DNA of 64,000 nt from Candidatus Cloacimonadales bacterium (GTDB lineage: Bacteria; Cloacimonadota; Cloacimonadia; Cloacimonadales; JAFGVF01): contig CAXXJV010000001.1 of NCBI GenBank assembly GCA_963663475.2, forward strand, positions 96,001 through 160,000, read 5' to 3'. Below are positions 14,601-21,234 of the stretch, one piece after another. The translations under genes were made by a program, and so were the position numbers. The notes under the pieces are model-generated. The model was not told where the DNA came from. It was given only the letters and a program-made list of their open reading frames with translations, and did no database searches. Each line of letters starts with the position of its first letter. The first letter of the stretch is position 1.

Positions 14601-17600
14601 TTGAGCTGAAGTAGCTTGGATACCTTTGTAGGTAAGAACAACATTTGAAGTTGTTAACTGACCTTGGTAAGCAATAACGTCAGCTTCAAATCTGATGTTT
14701 TGATTAGGGTCTATTGAGAAATAGTTTTCAGTTTCATTACCATTAACATAAACTCTTAAGTCACTAATAACAACTTGGTTATTATCTACAAAAGGAACAT
14801 CAGTATTAGTAGAAGCAGTACTTGATTCAGTTTCATAATACTCATAAGGATGTGTAATTGTAAGATCTTCAACTTTAAGAGTTGCATATTCAGGATTACC
14901 AATACCAAAATCATCAATAATAACAGTATTTAGACCATTAACTAAACCGCTAGTTACAGTCTCAACAGTACCGTTATTTAAAGTAATTTCAACTTGGCTG
15001 ATTCTGTCAGCATCTGTTAATTCAAATGTTACTTTAACCTTATTATTATTTTCAATTATGTCAATGTGGTTACCTTGATCAGCATATTGATCAAGTCCTT
15101 CTACATTATATATATTCACATTAGAAACTGTAGGAATATCTTGGATAGCTACAGCAACAGCTGGTTCATTATATATAGTATAGAAATCATAGTCTGAAGT
15201 AACTTCTAAATTGAAGTTTAATTCAACATAACCATAAGGTGGGTTACCAGCATCGATAAATTCATTATAATCGAAATCAGTTTGTTCCCATCTATAAACA
15301 TAAGTATTCTTAATAAACCCGTTAACTTCTTCACTTTCAAAAGTACTACTCATAAGAGTTGGAAGTCCAGCTGAAGCTGTTGGAGTATAGTTAAGAACTA
15401 CATTATTTATATCAATATGATTTTGATAAGCAACGAAAGTACCTTCAACGTAGAAATCATCATCTAATTCAGCTGAGAATTCATTATCTACGTTTTCTTG
15501 GCCATTAACGAAGAATTTAATGTCGCTAATAACAACTTGATCTTCATCAACGAAAGGTGTAGATAAAGCAGGATTGCTATTAGCATCAGAAGAATCATCT
15601 AATCCATTATATGGGTGAGATATTTCAACATTAGCAGCAACTACTTCATATTGATCATAATCACTAGCATCAAATGTGTCGATAACAAAAGTATTTAAAC
15701 CATCTTGATAGTTAGTAACGTTAAAGATTTGTCCATCATTAAGAGTAATAGTAACAGCATCAATTCTTTCACTGTCAGTTAACTCGAAAGTTACATCAAC
15801 AACATCACCATCTTTAATAATGTTTTGATTTTCTGGACTATTATTTAGAACAGCAACATTACTTACAGTAGGCATAGGAGTAATGTCGATAGTGTGAGAA
15901 TGAGTCTCTTCATTATCTAACATATCTTGTGCTACGAAATCGAAAGTTAATGTATTTGTTTCATAGTTATTTGGAATAGTAATTTGCCACTGATAGATGT
16001 TTCCACCTAAGGCTGTAGCTAAGGTATTATCAGCTATTAAAGTATTATCTGAACAAGAGATAGTAACTTTATCAGCTTGAACACCAGCAATAGCATCAGT
16101 TATTTCATAACTTAAAGTTAAGACTGTGTTTTCATCAACAGTGTTTGGAACAAGATTATCGTTGAATGTTGGAGCTACATTATCATAAGTAACACCGTTG
16201 TAAGTGAAATCATATTCATGAACAGCTACATCACCAGTAGTAAATCCTAATGAAAGTTCAACTGGGATTTCGATAACTTGACCATTAGCAATACCATTAG
16301 CAATACCAGTATAAGAACCAGTATAAGTAATTTCCCAGTTTCCATTTCCTAAGTCATTAACTTGAGGAGCTGAAATTGTAGCACCTGTGAAGTTTGAGAA
16401 ATTAACATCAAATAGATATTCTTCAACACCACGAGCAGGAGCTTCAATTGGAGTAATTCCTGGGTAACCATTGATACTAACTGTAAATTGGAAATCACCA
16501 GCTTCAGCAGCTTTATCCAATACCATATCAGCATCACTATTAATATAGTAGAACTGACCAGAGGCAGAAACAACTTGCGGAGCTTCTCTTAACACGATAA
16601 AGTGAACAAAAGCTTCTGAAGAGTCTGTATGCCATGCATCAGCATCAAATGGGTAAGGAGGGTTGTTATATCTTCCAGGGTTTCCACCAAAGTCATTTGG
16701 GGTCCTTAGAATTAATGTATAATTAACGTTTTCTAAAACACCATCAGCAAAGTTATCTATAGTTGCTGTGATATTAAAGTTTTTATAACCAACAGTACCA
16801 GTAGTAGGACATTCAAAATTGTCAGTTAAATTAGTTGGAGTTGCTGTAATAACAACATTAGCACCAGGAACTAATTCCAAAGTATCTTCATCATATACTA
16901 AAGCAGTCCAATCAGTTTCTTTAAGATATTCTGAAGTTTCAATATCAAAATTGAAACTATTAATTCCATTAGCTAAGTAGAAAGTATTACCAGCAGGATT
17001 TGGAATATAATTTTCAGAATTAGTACCGAGAATTTGAGGATTTTCATTATCTACACGAGTTGTAGCGTATGAGTAAGCATTTTCTGGAGCAATATAACCA
17101 GTATCTGAATAAGCTTCAGGAACAACTTTAAGCTCAACATTAAGAAGTTTGCTTGCTAAAGCACCAACAATATTGTTATTGCTATTAGTTAAGTTAGCAA
17201 AGTTCATTGTTTCGCTAAAGTTTCCGATTCCTGCTATTTTATTTCCAGAAATACTTCTTACTTTAGTTTCATCATCTGGATCATAAACTCTTAAAGACCA
17301 TTCATAATCTACAGAAGAGTTACCAATAGTGAAAGAAATTTCATTGAAAGGTTTATCAATACCGTTATGAGCCATTCCAGCTTCGTTAGCAGGATTAGTC
17401 TCTGCATCATAAGCCCAAGATGGATTACCAGGACTGATACAATGAGGAACTACATTAACGATATCACCAACAATTTCTGGCCAGATTGGTTCTTCAGGTC
17501 TATCGATTTTGAAAGATCTGTCACCAGCTGCTACATTAGAAATATTAAAAGATCCATCTTCTATATCTCTAGTAATTACTTCAATTTTAATATCTGAAGT

Positions 17601-19742
17601 AGCATTACCATAAGTATATGTACCTGTTGCGTTTTCAGCAAATGCAGATACAGGAACTGATAATGTTACACTGTTGTTTGCATCAAAGTTTGATAATTCA
17701 GCATCAAAAGCTGCTGGTAAATCATTGTTATTTCTTGTGAAAATAACTTTTTGAGCATTAATTAAATTATTAACTTCTACAACAATATCAATTGAATTAT
17801 CACCAGTATCAAAATACTGTTCTGTATTGTTAGCTGTAAAATATGAGTTAACATAGAATACAGGAGTAGTACCATCAACAGTTACTAGACTATTAGTTCC
17901 GCCTTCATGAAGTGAAGTAACATCATAAAAAACGATTTCTGATGGAGTTGTTGGGTCTGGAGGAATTACTGGAGGAACATAACCATCAAACTGATTAACC
18001 AGTTCAACTGATTTTTGTGATGTTCTAATGTTACCTGCATTATCTTGAATATAGGCAGTTACAGTATAATCACCAGCTACCCAGTCCATACTTTCAGGAG
18101 ACCAACTAAAAGAACCATCGCTATTAACAGCAGCATAAGCCTCTGTGTTCACGAAGTTAATATCAGTTTTACTAACACTATCTTCACCTAAGTCTGATGA
18201 AGTAGGATAGAAATACTTTTTAAAGCTAGCATCTGAATCAGAAACGATTTCAACCCAATACTTAACTTGTTCTTTTCTTTCAGGTTCTAAATCGTTTAAG
18301 AAGTCTCTTTTTACTGAGAATGTGAAGTAAACTTCATCAACATCATCAAGAGAATCTTCAGGACCCCAAGAATCTTCTTGTCCAGGATTATTACCACTTT
18401 CATCAATATATCTATTAATAGTATATCTTTGATTATCACTTGAAGAGTCAAATATTCTTAATTCAGAAGGACTACCATTCAAGTTTTCGAAAATAGGAGC
18501 TGTATTGTCTAAGACGAAATCAAGAACATTAAGTTCTGTTTCACCATCAGCAATATTAGGATTAACAACTGGAGGTAGTGGAGTTAATGTTACACTATTA
18601 CCAGCATTATCCATCATACTTACTAAAGTTAAGCCATAAACAGCTTCATCAAGTAGTACATTATTTACTTTACCGTCCCAAACAAATGTTATCACATCAC
18701 CATTAATGCTTACAGTTGGATCATCTATCGCAAATTCAATGTAGCCAACATTAGTGTCTGTGTTTTCATTTTGAACAAGTATTTCAAAAGCACTTGCATT
18801 ACCAGCTTGACCAAATCCAGGAATATCAATTTTAGCTGAGATAGTGTTAGGATTAGTATCCCAATCTCCCATCATATCATTACCTGGAGAGAATCTGAAC
18901 TGATCATTATCATATAAGTCAGATATGTTTCCTAATGTAGGAGGCATTCTATCTGCAGGATATGGATCTCCATTAACATCACCTGTAATAACATTTGATG
19001 GGTGAGGAACGCTCACATTACCCCATTGATCTGTCATTATCATTGGTATAGTTATAGATGGAATATAACCTGTTGAAATAGGCCCTGGCATTCTATCTGC
19101 TTCAAGTTCAGTAAGAACATAAGTTGCAGTAAATAAGTTACCATTACGAGTTGTAGCCAACTCAGCTGGCCCACCAATAGATGTTAAATCTAATTTTACA
19201 TCAATAACATCCTCTGTAGGATCATTCCAATCTCTATTGAAGACGAATTTCATTTCATCACCAATACCGAAAATTGATTTTCCTGCAGGAACTGATTCAA
19301 TGTGAGTTGAATTTCCGTTAGTTACAAAAGGAATTTGATTATCGATTAGTAGGTTATAGCTTTCAGTTGTATTGAGCGGGACTGATGATCCATCTACAAA
19401 GACAAATACTTGGTAGATATCACCATCTAATGGTTCATTTACATCACCAGCAGTTACTACATAATCTCCAGCATAGGAGTTAGCAACTCTTCTAGCTAAG
19501 GTTAAGCCAAATGACTCAGTTTCGCCAATAATATTATCACTCTTAATTTTTACAGAGTCGATTGTTGTAGCATCAGTATCAACTGTTACATCAAAATGAA
19601 CAGTGTACCCTACAATTGCGACATCTTGTTCGACGCCATCCGGATCGTAAATGGTGTGGTTAGCAGTTACTGTTGTTGCAGCAAAAGCTAGACCAGTCAG
19701 CATCACGAACAATAAGATTAAAATCGGATGTTTGTTTAACAT
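2667..19742 (-). CDS. Giant (5691 aa) secreted surface protein with many Ig-like (Big) domains and a T9SS-type/FlgD-Ig C-terminal sorting domain
   Basis: Sec signal peptide, RBS GGAGG; recurring DxxGN...DxxAP Ig-domain boundaries; C-terminal YPSP...VTIEIFDFAGKLVR...FDGRTNDGKRLARGAYFARI...KIAIQ; Asn/Asp/Val/Thr-rich. Confidence 0.9.
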   Translation of the reverse strand: MLNKHPILILLFVMLTGLAFAATTVTANHTIYDPDGVEQDVAIVGYTVHFDVTVDTDATTIDSVKIKSDNIIGETESFGLTLARRVANSYAGDYVVTAGDVNEPLDGDIYQVFVFVDGSSVPLNTTESYNLLIDNQIPFVTNGNSTHIESVPAGKSIFGIGDEMKFVFNRDWNDPTEDVIDVKLDLTSIGGPAELATTRNGNLFTATYVLTELEADRMPGPISTGYIPSITIPMIMTDQWGNVSVPHPSNVITGDVNGDPYPADRMPPTLGNISDLYDNDQFRFSPGNDMMGDWDTNPNTISAKIDIPGFGQAGNASAFEILVQNENTDTNVGYIEFAIDDPTVSINGDVITFVWDGKVNNVLLDEAVYGLTLVSMMDNAGNSVTLTPLPPVVNPNIADGETELNVLDFVLDNTAPIFENLNGSPSELRIFDSSSDNQRYTINRYIDESGNNPGQEDSWGPEDSLDDVDEVYFTFSVKRDFLNDLEPERKEQVKYWVEIVSDSDASFKKYFYPTSSDLGEDSVSKTDINFVNTEAYAAVNSDGSFSWSPESMDWVAGDYTVTAYIQDNAGNIRTSQKSVELVNQFDGYVPPVIPPDPTTPSEIVFYDVTSLHEGGTNSLVTVDGTTPVFYVNSYFTANNTEQYFDTGDNSIDIVVEVNNLINAQKVIFTRNNNDLPAAFDAELSNFDANNSVTLSVPVSAFAENATGTYTYGNATSDIKIEVITRDIEDGSFNISNVAAGDRSFKIDRPEEPIWPEIVGDIVNVVPHCISPGNPSWAYDAETNPANEAGMAHNGIDKPFNEISFTIGNSSVDYEWSLRVYDPDDETKVRSISGNKIAGIGNFSETMNFANLTNSNNNIVGALASKLLNVELKVVPEAYSDTGYIAPENAYSYATTRVDNENPQILGTNSENYIPNPAGNTFYLANGINSFNFDIETSEYLKETDWTALVYDEDTLELVPGANVVITATPTNLTDNFECPTTGTVGYKNFNITATIDNFADGVLENVNYTLILRTPNDFGGNPGRYNNPPYPFDADAWHTDSSEAFVHFIVLREAPQVVSASGQFYYINSDADMVLDKAAEAGDFQFTVSINGYPGITPIEAPARGVEEYLFDVNFSNFTGATISAPQVNDLGNGNWEITYTGSYTGIANGIANGQVIEIPVELSLGFTTGDVAVHEYDFTYNGVTYDNVAPTFNDNLVPNTVDENTVLTLSYEITDAIAGVQADKVTISCSDNTLIADNTLATALGGNIYQWQITIPNNYETNTLTFDFVAQDMLDNEETHSHTIDITPMPTVSNVAVLNNSPENQNIIKDGDVVDVTFELTDSERIDAVTITLNDGQIFNVTNYQDGLNTFVIDTFDASDYDQYEVVAANVEISHPYNGLDDSSDANSNPALSTPFVDEDQVVISDIKFFVNGQENVDNEFSAELDDDFYVEGTFVAYQNHIDINNVVLNYTPTASAGLPTLMSSTFESEEVNGFIKNTYVYRWEQTDFDYNEFIDAGNPPYGYVELNFNLEVTSDYDFYTIYNEPAVAVAIQDIPTVSNVNIYNVEGLDQYADQGNHIDIIENNNKVKVTFELTDADRISQVEITLNNGTVETVTSGLVNGLNTVIIDDFGIGNPEYATLKVEDLTITHPYEYYETESSTASTNTDVPFVDNNQVVISDLRVYVNGNETENYFSIDPNQNIRFEADVIAYQGQLTTSNVVLTYKGIQATSAQYESDVFESEPVTGFEKHTYTYSWDNADFDFANFENQTTGYEVVDFVVEARSDFNFVATPYNQDMVAINIPEYTFNGIAASRYVGYDPQGWFAPEHDVELTMTVNSVLADINPIAEFDNITNDFPDTNWINGTVVTTSTNPIPGVTIYNHQITWVRTPDVQACWNTYDDGDNIQIEVRYEDFFAVNPISIFKSIKIDLEVPTYSDYTIVQAASNINDYATANTLPGINNLSNQVNSYNFDLTLNDPQDLDSYQFDGSLYVKRIVEDMNGVSVAETGVTLPSVDPTWTVTLLGSELINVNQRALIWKITPVDNTAVENTDIVTIQFNELEDLVNHKNYAGENYNSPSNRYLAQGPQATVEFIASQADVDGITAFQYDGLDRMNAATSPYISNGQRIGVILDVQPLATDNANVTSVEILADHYNNANQGWIALAYDAVNDLYFLNSDIVVNSTVGWKELEYRITYSTNEISQQSVANVFNLIDGNTTSLDEIYVWSQTLGENGMYYVTPGDLATIKVIFNSDAPLTGTVAKPYVTLTDFNNILDIPSPYLVPQNNITWDGMQWVAELTGIPVVTNHNQTSQVVSVSATNITGQSTPASTKTISYAGSGPIVPLIQHAELVTGNATNYLAVSGSQTVDPVVNVYINTQFQEYIDNVTIDPVAGLTFGAYTVAPTVMHNSKWLATFPVTITDPALFAENQMLTLNITSFRDPFDNILTNVFEHEMALDVEVDGNDFDILINNPGTQNPVLGAFDLTIDFTNFGESLNPAYVPVGTDFVVSGNQLVNDMTPVINGNTAVLTITANDFTADAATLGNTDLTVTYTNIYGFEKSENINILLDATAPQVIANGVTFNSPVGPASYNWGDVIIYDQDFTSLVIELEDPEMFGTDGIGNINANFNLATIGVTPNTAAINNVAVNFNGSVAEFVFNAGYSGFDLAEGDYQITINATDALGNNFTDTKTFRYAHSPAGVSATTDPAITLNSGNDIELEFLVNDPDGVVNTVEFQVYLDADNDGDYTDDLGNLVLQANDAVYPYGFNWDLSSPQYTSYLYNANYDGNNDGDNLDLDENIRNYIVRVLTTSSQMRSVSDAQFTYSVADVTAPEVSDVLAAGSNSLQLVYDYITPANNNVNLTALVGAWTDVDYVELTLNGDVLVYDMVNPVNWTYDANDIGAVVITAKAYDFVGNVSAEADFSTVLEIVNPSYDKFYDLTLVDYTNFDSDNTIANGTIYSPSNPLIQNNLRVYAIYPNGLEGISEIQFFVNRIETATGNVIATLPVNNDAAVNPQYGNTNVVNPANCYDATANVWNSWITVDPNLYTNNGNYDGSDYSYEFFAVLIDSYTNNEVIPQAGIFNDNADFRVDYMKPELVVNNASVTHTSYAYYNGNTDRLVFDYVDFDGLNINNFFVDYNAVNVADNANITIDALTNTVSIPWTGLNTITGEGIVTYNVTVTDANGNVSEITPIDVYVDNQAPQTAIASLAYMTDADNGGEAMNQLHNFDGNPIAVMADNAENLTIQIDRAQILGLSTEDTENWANQTQPWYANTNDDIYPPVKLYRNIDGAGWNLIAYDHEVDANNMYQFDVTVDTGAMVEFAIIAEDTRGNVEGDLIPFDGIIDNYQVDLTVNVLYPTDITTTIVNHNADDVISGLELLTANVATPAGIQSVEFQYNDGVNWMPLGSDDSMADVDYQFSIANANIPFALIPGVHIEITDSALNTSWVELANVNDIWTADVTLARETYVVNYYVDANNDGVIDAVEMANNFVVTENINADGFALQFDTSIIPDGSYLFRAVPFDNLVATDDQAAAVEMNLIIDNSAPAFNLTALNYVMLDSYKTLAENLEFTLDYANPNDVHTVQAWLVDVNNPANTYQIVNDVYAAYDVRPTDFSLVLAGVPDGNYYLDVTVQDFVFNANNQSPALGDNLYIDTNAPVITAVNNPFNMSGIYTETHSFTVAYNDYLAQLLDANSNGLGVKAMQATFTHNATVDLVDVKVSDDGANLVFDWTPSQAMMNEVINGQDNILVNVDLTLTDHNDYVSAIFNAGNFTLRSDEVGAKIMVVSDFRNGAETFHQTNVTNNNEITDVIGGNNINLYAFLPEGNNVIDPNNVRFEYWDGTNWMQFAANAVWTPIANFAGNGTVAGYAEFMSVNWNIANMDGDYTVRTVSEYNFGEVVNETNLHIWNSTIVPEITLSTLEGQTTTEVNRGSEYILSIGNFNSSNPEFFNQVNYMYRFLDENDNVASPWNQLSGFVANEYNWTIGMDYLFAEKVQIAVQVEDIFNNVDDQASFIANGGNPYLVDIIDSQAPMVTDLTVNQAGNPVAAGATVAIANALDLAITVDNPVLDLASLVINLDGNQVHSLAYDTNNQVDPTLVNYSVDISALTTGTYQIEVVTADFVGHTYNETFAFSVDTDAPTGALVLAENDNGSITRGMAYTFNANAMDNVSTQLTINYFWSDAAANVWNPIALDANGQWIIPQTWTIGANYDFKAEIEDEYNNVGESIVTYQVFDNITPLVANSMNTLVDDSIFNMNDEITLTFDVDATNIINGNIELQYADVLNGNWMSLGFTPAALNAGLTEVTFANLGLASGFYNFKAIVSDLAIPANQYDINLGSMVYYDADAPEVFFTNIDNDSEFVLGEMVAINADVNYTDGTNEIAPQDVASVEFKVNGQSHAIVENAPYTYVWNTALLANVGTYTIEAIVTDNDGFINNTLQNVVLVTPNENDPYAVITAFEFDNEAISTDKMYAKVTNWGNNVTAVVAQYTTDNINWVDFAINTVNNDPYYEFDFNAEAIQNAIAVKVNVMMNNDEESSLVYPLNVTYNQGEFELAPANGNIEIHENNLMVVDTDSMPNVIRVDENGYAGYETINEDYEFNLVVNANNELPGYWLSGVANGAAWIKFAELDPMAASNGAIVNYNNPYWFTMLDNEMPLADHYAQLTDQVLVNSNIAGNATYTLPLTATVAVEGDIVALAWDAVLADFVEIDVVYSESDASMTFTAPVNTVVTVGQYLGFEMFVTEFAPVNNDVFVEGTNLWTLPNVAMNFTVYHEENEQGYQLPAGFGLGNISITLNNGINNVNNIALVNGVVSFDLVNMMAGQNELEVHVEMNGFHANQTLYFFVDDSMPTIAFESTSILSATNRTLTATIEDAETGLMDYNLVVTNNDPAVNTVLNVPMNEITVTGNEFSYEMTVEELVTLVPQPMRSGRNSREVASLNVQWTAVNNLNLVNVMAANVTANVVVNRPQITIHDAGFENGWWLNPAMSNELLMSVVPADGRTIALEDINVSILAITDLNPAGILIQTSNPVATANENEYVFGFAQLQLPNSLGIKVRVNAIDDIDVNNVAEQTFSLDYMDPVVTATAPTNPVVNFGSDAQIAFSFNDPQGHFIDDDLVQHFSGASGIDISTLVLTLDGNVVNGQVSNGSVAYAASDLVPGAHTAIASVSDFVGNTASATVNFEIVGGPAPLVDFSPLANGSWWITTANNYEFDLTVESGHTDTALQSVVANIIQLPNNEVIQGPFSVSLENGQGTINFHGGIVTPGQNAIKVEVIAENDWAIQTVSSQTFPIDNSRPELTIVNPEINYSVMVGNNVNVNIMANDNMSGLAMSSIKVTSLNGDFTVEEIDSDSPEAFNLAVSTDDLLAGTYVIEAQAKDMAGNVTTVTRNFAITAPAPIIAISALDASNGWVNTQNNNAISFTVDGNGYELDNASIMASIIAMPNNEVIYEPFTVQADNGIYNINLHGGLIPADANTVKVLVMASNVAGGNAVSNQSYPIDSYIPTIEFVSPVANTTYTHAENMFVDVMMTLSDIMPEVKAMASSGLDMLEIKVFDNDNVTVIDTVKNNVANSYACRVPVNGLGQYRIEATIYDRAGNSNTQMMNFTVDMDWANVDLMFTAKPYMYPSPLQRGDVGTFVIPTTKEAQVTIEIFDFAGKLVREMSHNSIGGDTNNMIQFDGRTNDGKRLARGAYFARINIVDGAKEINKVVKIAIQ

Positions 19743-19759
19743 AATTTGAAACCTCCAAA

Positions 19760-19930
19760 TTACAATTTTTTTTCTAATATTTGTAAGAAATTCCCAGCAT
19801 AGCCGACATTTCTTGTTTCAAAATTCATAAAATCTTCTACTTCTCTCTCAAATATTCTACACCAACCGTAAGGCTCTCCTCTGTTTTTTACATTAGTTAA
19901 AAGTCCATAAAAACCGCTTTTCATAAGCAT
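19760..19930 (-). CDS. Small 56-aa ORF immediately upstream of the giant gene
   Basis: Hand translation MLMKSGFYGLLTNVKNRGEPYGWCRIFEREVEDFMNFETRNVGYAGNFLQILEKKL; AGGAG upstream; stop lies 3 nt before the giant gene's GGAGG. Confidence 0.45.
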   Translation of the reverse strand: MLMKSGFYGLLTNVKNRGEPYGWCRIFEREVEDFMNFETRNVGYAGNFLQILEKKL

Positions 19931-21234
19931 TTTCTCCTATATTAAGTTATATCATTTTATTTCCGAAACGTGCAAAGTGTTTTAAACACACTAATATAGT
20001 TTCGATTTGATAACAAGTTCATGAAATTGTCAAGTTTTTTCTATTTTTTTTAATATTAGTTATTTTAGGCAATTTTTTATGGCTTTTTTATCCTTTCCTA
20101 TACTACAAAGTGCATGATCAGCATATTTCAGTTTTTGCATTTTTATTTACTTTATCATTTCTCTGATATTATATTGTCTTTTAGGCGTTTAACTCATATA
20201 TAAACATTTCACTCAGGTGAAATATTATCTAATTATGCAACATTCTTTATTTTTTTTTATTGCAAAGATAATTATCTGATACTTACCCATGTAAACAAAA
20301 CCTACACCTTGTATCTGACTCTTACTTTATCTTTAGTTCTCTAACAATAATCTTATAAAACTGAAAAGTATTCAAGGCACAAGAGAATTTAGATAAGCTA
20401 ATCAGCTAGCCCCCCTTTTTTGCTTTGTGATATTATAGGAGTAATTAGTTAGAAGGTTAAGCTAGAATGGCAAGTAGAATTTATTCGAGTAAGGCAGTTT
20501 CTTCTTCAAAAGCAAGAAAGGCAGAAATATACCCTTATCGGCAAGCATCTAGAGCATTATTAGGCGAAATTAGTCTCAGATTAACTACAGACCAAGACTA
20601 AAGTCAAGTTTAAGATGAGGCAATATAAAGTCTGCTGAAAGACTAATTTGTTTGATTAAATTTGATGAAACTTTCTTATCTTTCTTTACGGTCTATTGGG
20701 CCTCTATTAGCTATCCATTAGTATAAGAACTAATAATCTCCCAATAGACAAGCTATATAAGTTATATATACATTAGATTATCTTAGAGGGAAGAAAGGGT
20801 TACTCTCCCTGCCTTAGACCAACATGCCATCTCTAGGCAGGAGCCAACAAGCCAAAGAATTAGGTTGTCCAACTGAGACCATACCTCTGATACAGAATTA
20901 AAGAACAGAAAAGGGAAATAGCTCCTTCCATAGTATATATATTTATATATATACCAGCACTAACTTGTATTCATAAACAAGGAATAAGTATTTTAGTAAA
21001 ATTAGCATATTTATGATGTATTTCTTATATTTAAATGGCAGAAATTTAAAATTAAAGACAATAAATAGTTAGCTTTATTTTGGGATATTTAGCATTATAA
21101 GTGGATTTTAAGACTATTTAATAATATTTTTTGTAAATTTATTTTTTTTTCTTGACTAAATTGTAACGAATCTTTACAGATGAATATACGAAGTTTACAC
21201 ATAATTAATCACTTATAAATTTAATGGGGTTGTC

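Noticed and set aside
2538-17597. Short ORFs overlapping the giant gene and porV-like gene (2538, 3293, 6165, 6931, 7116, 11830, 14082, 16349, 17367)
   Set aside because: Antisense or alternate-frame shadows of a strongly codon-biased gene; no RBS or recognisable motifs.
19931-21234. Sigma54 -24/-12 promoter, riboswitch or hidden gene in the long intergenic region
   Set aside because: No TGGCAC-N5-TTGC match and no recognisable riboswitch or long ORF found by eye; only low-complexity AT-rich and weakly palindromic sequence.
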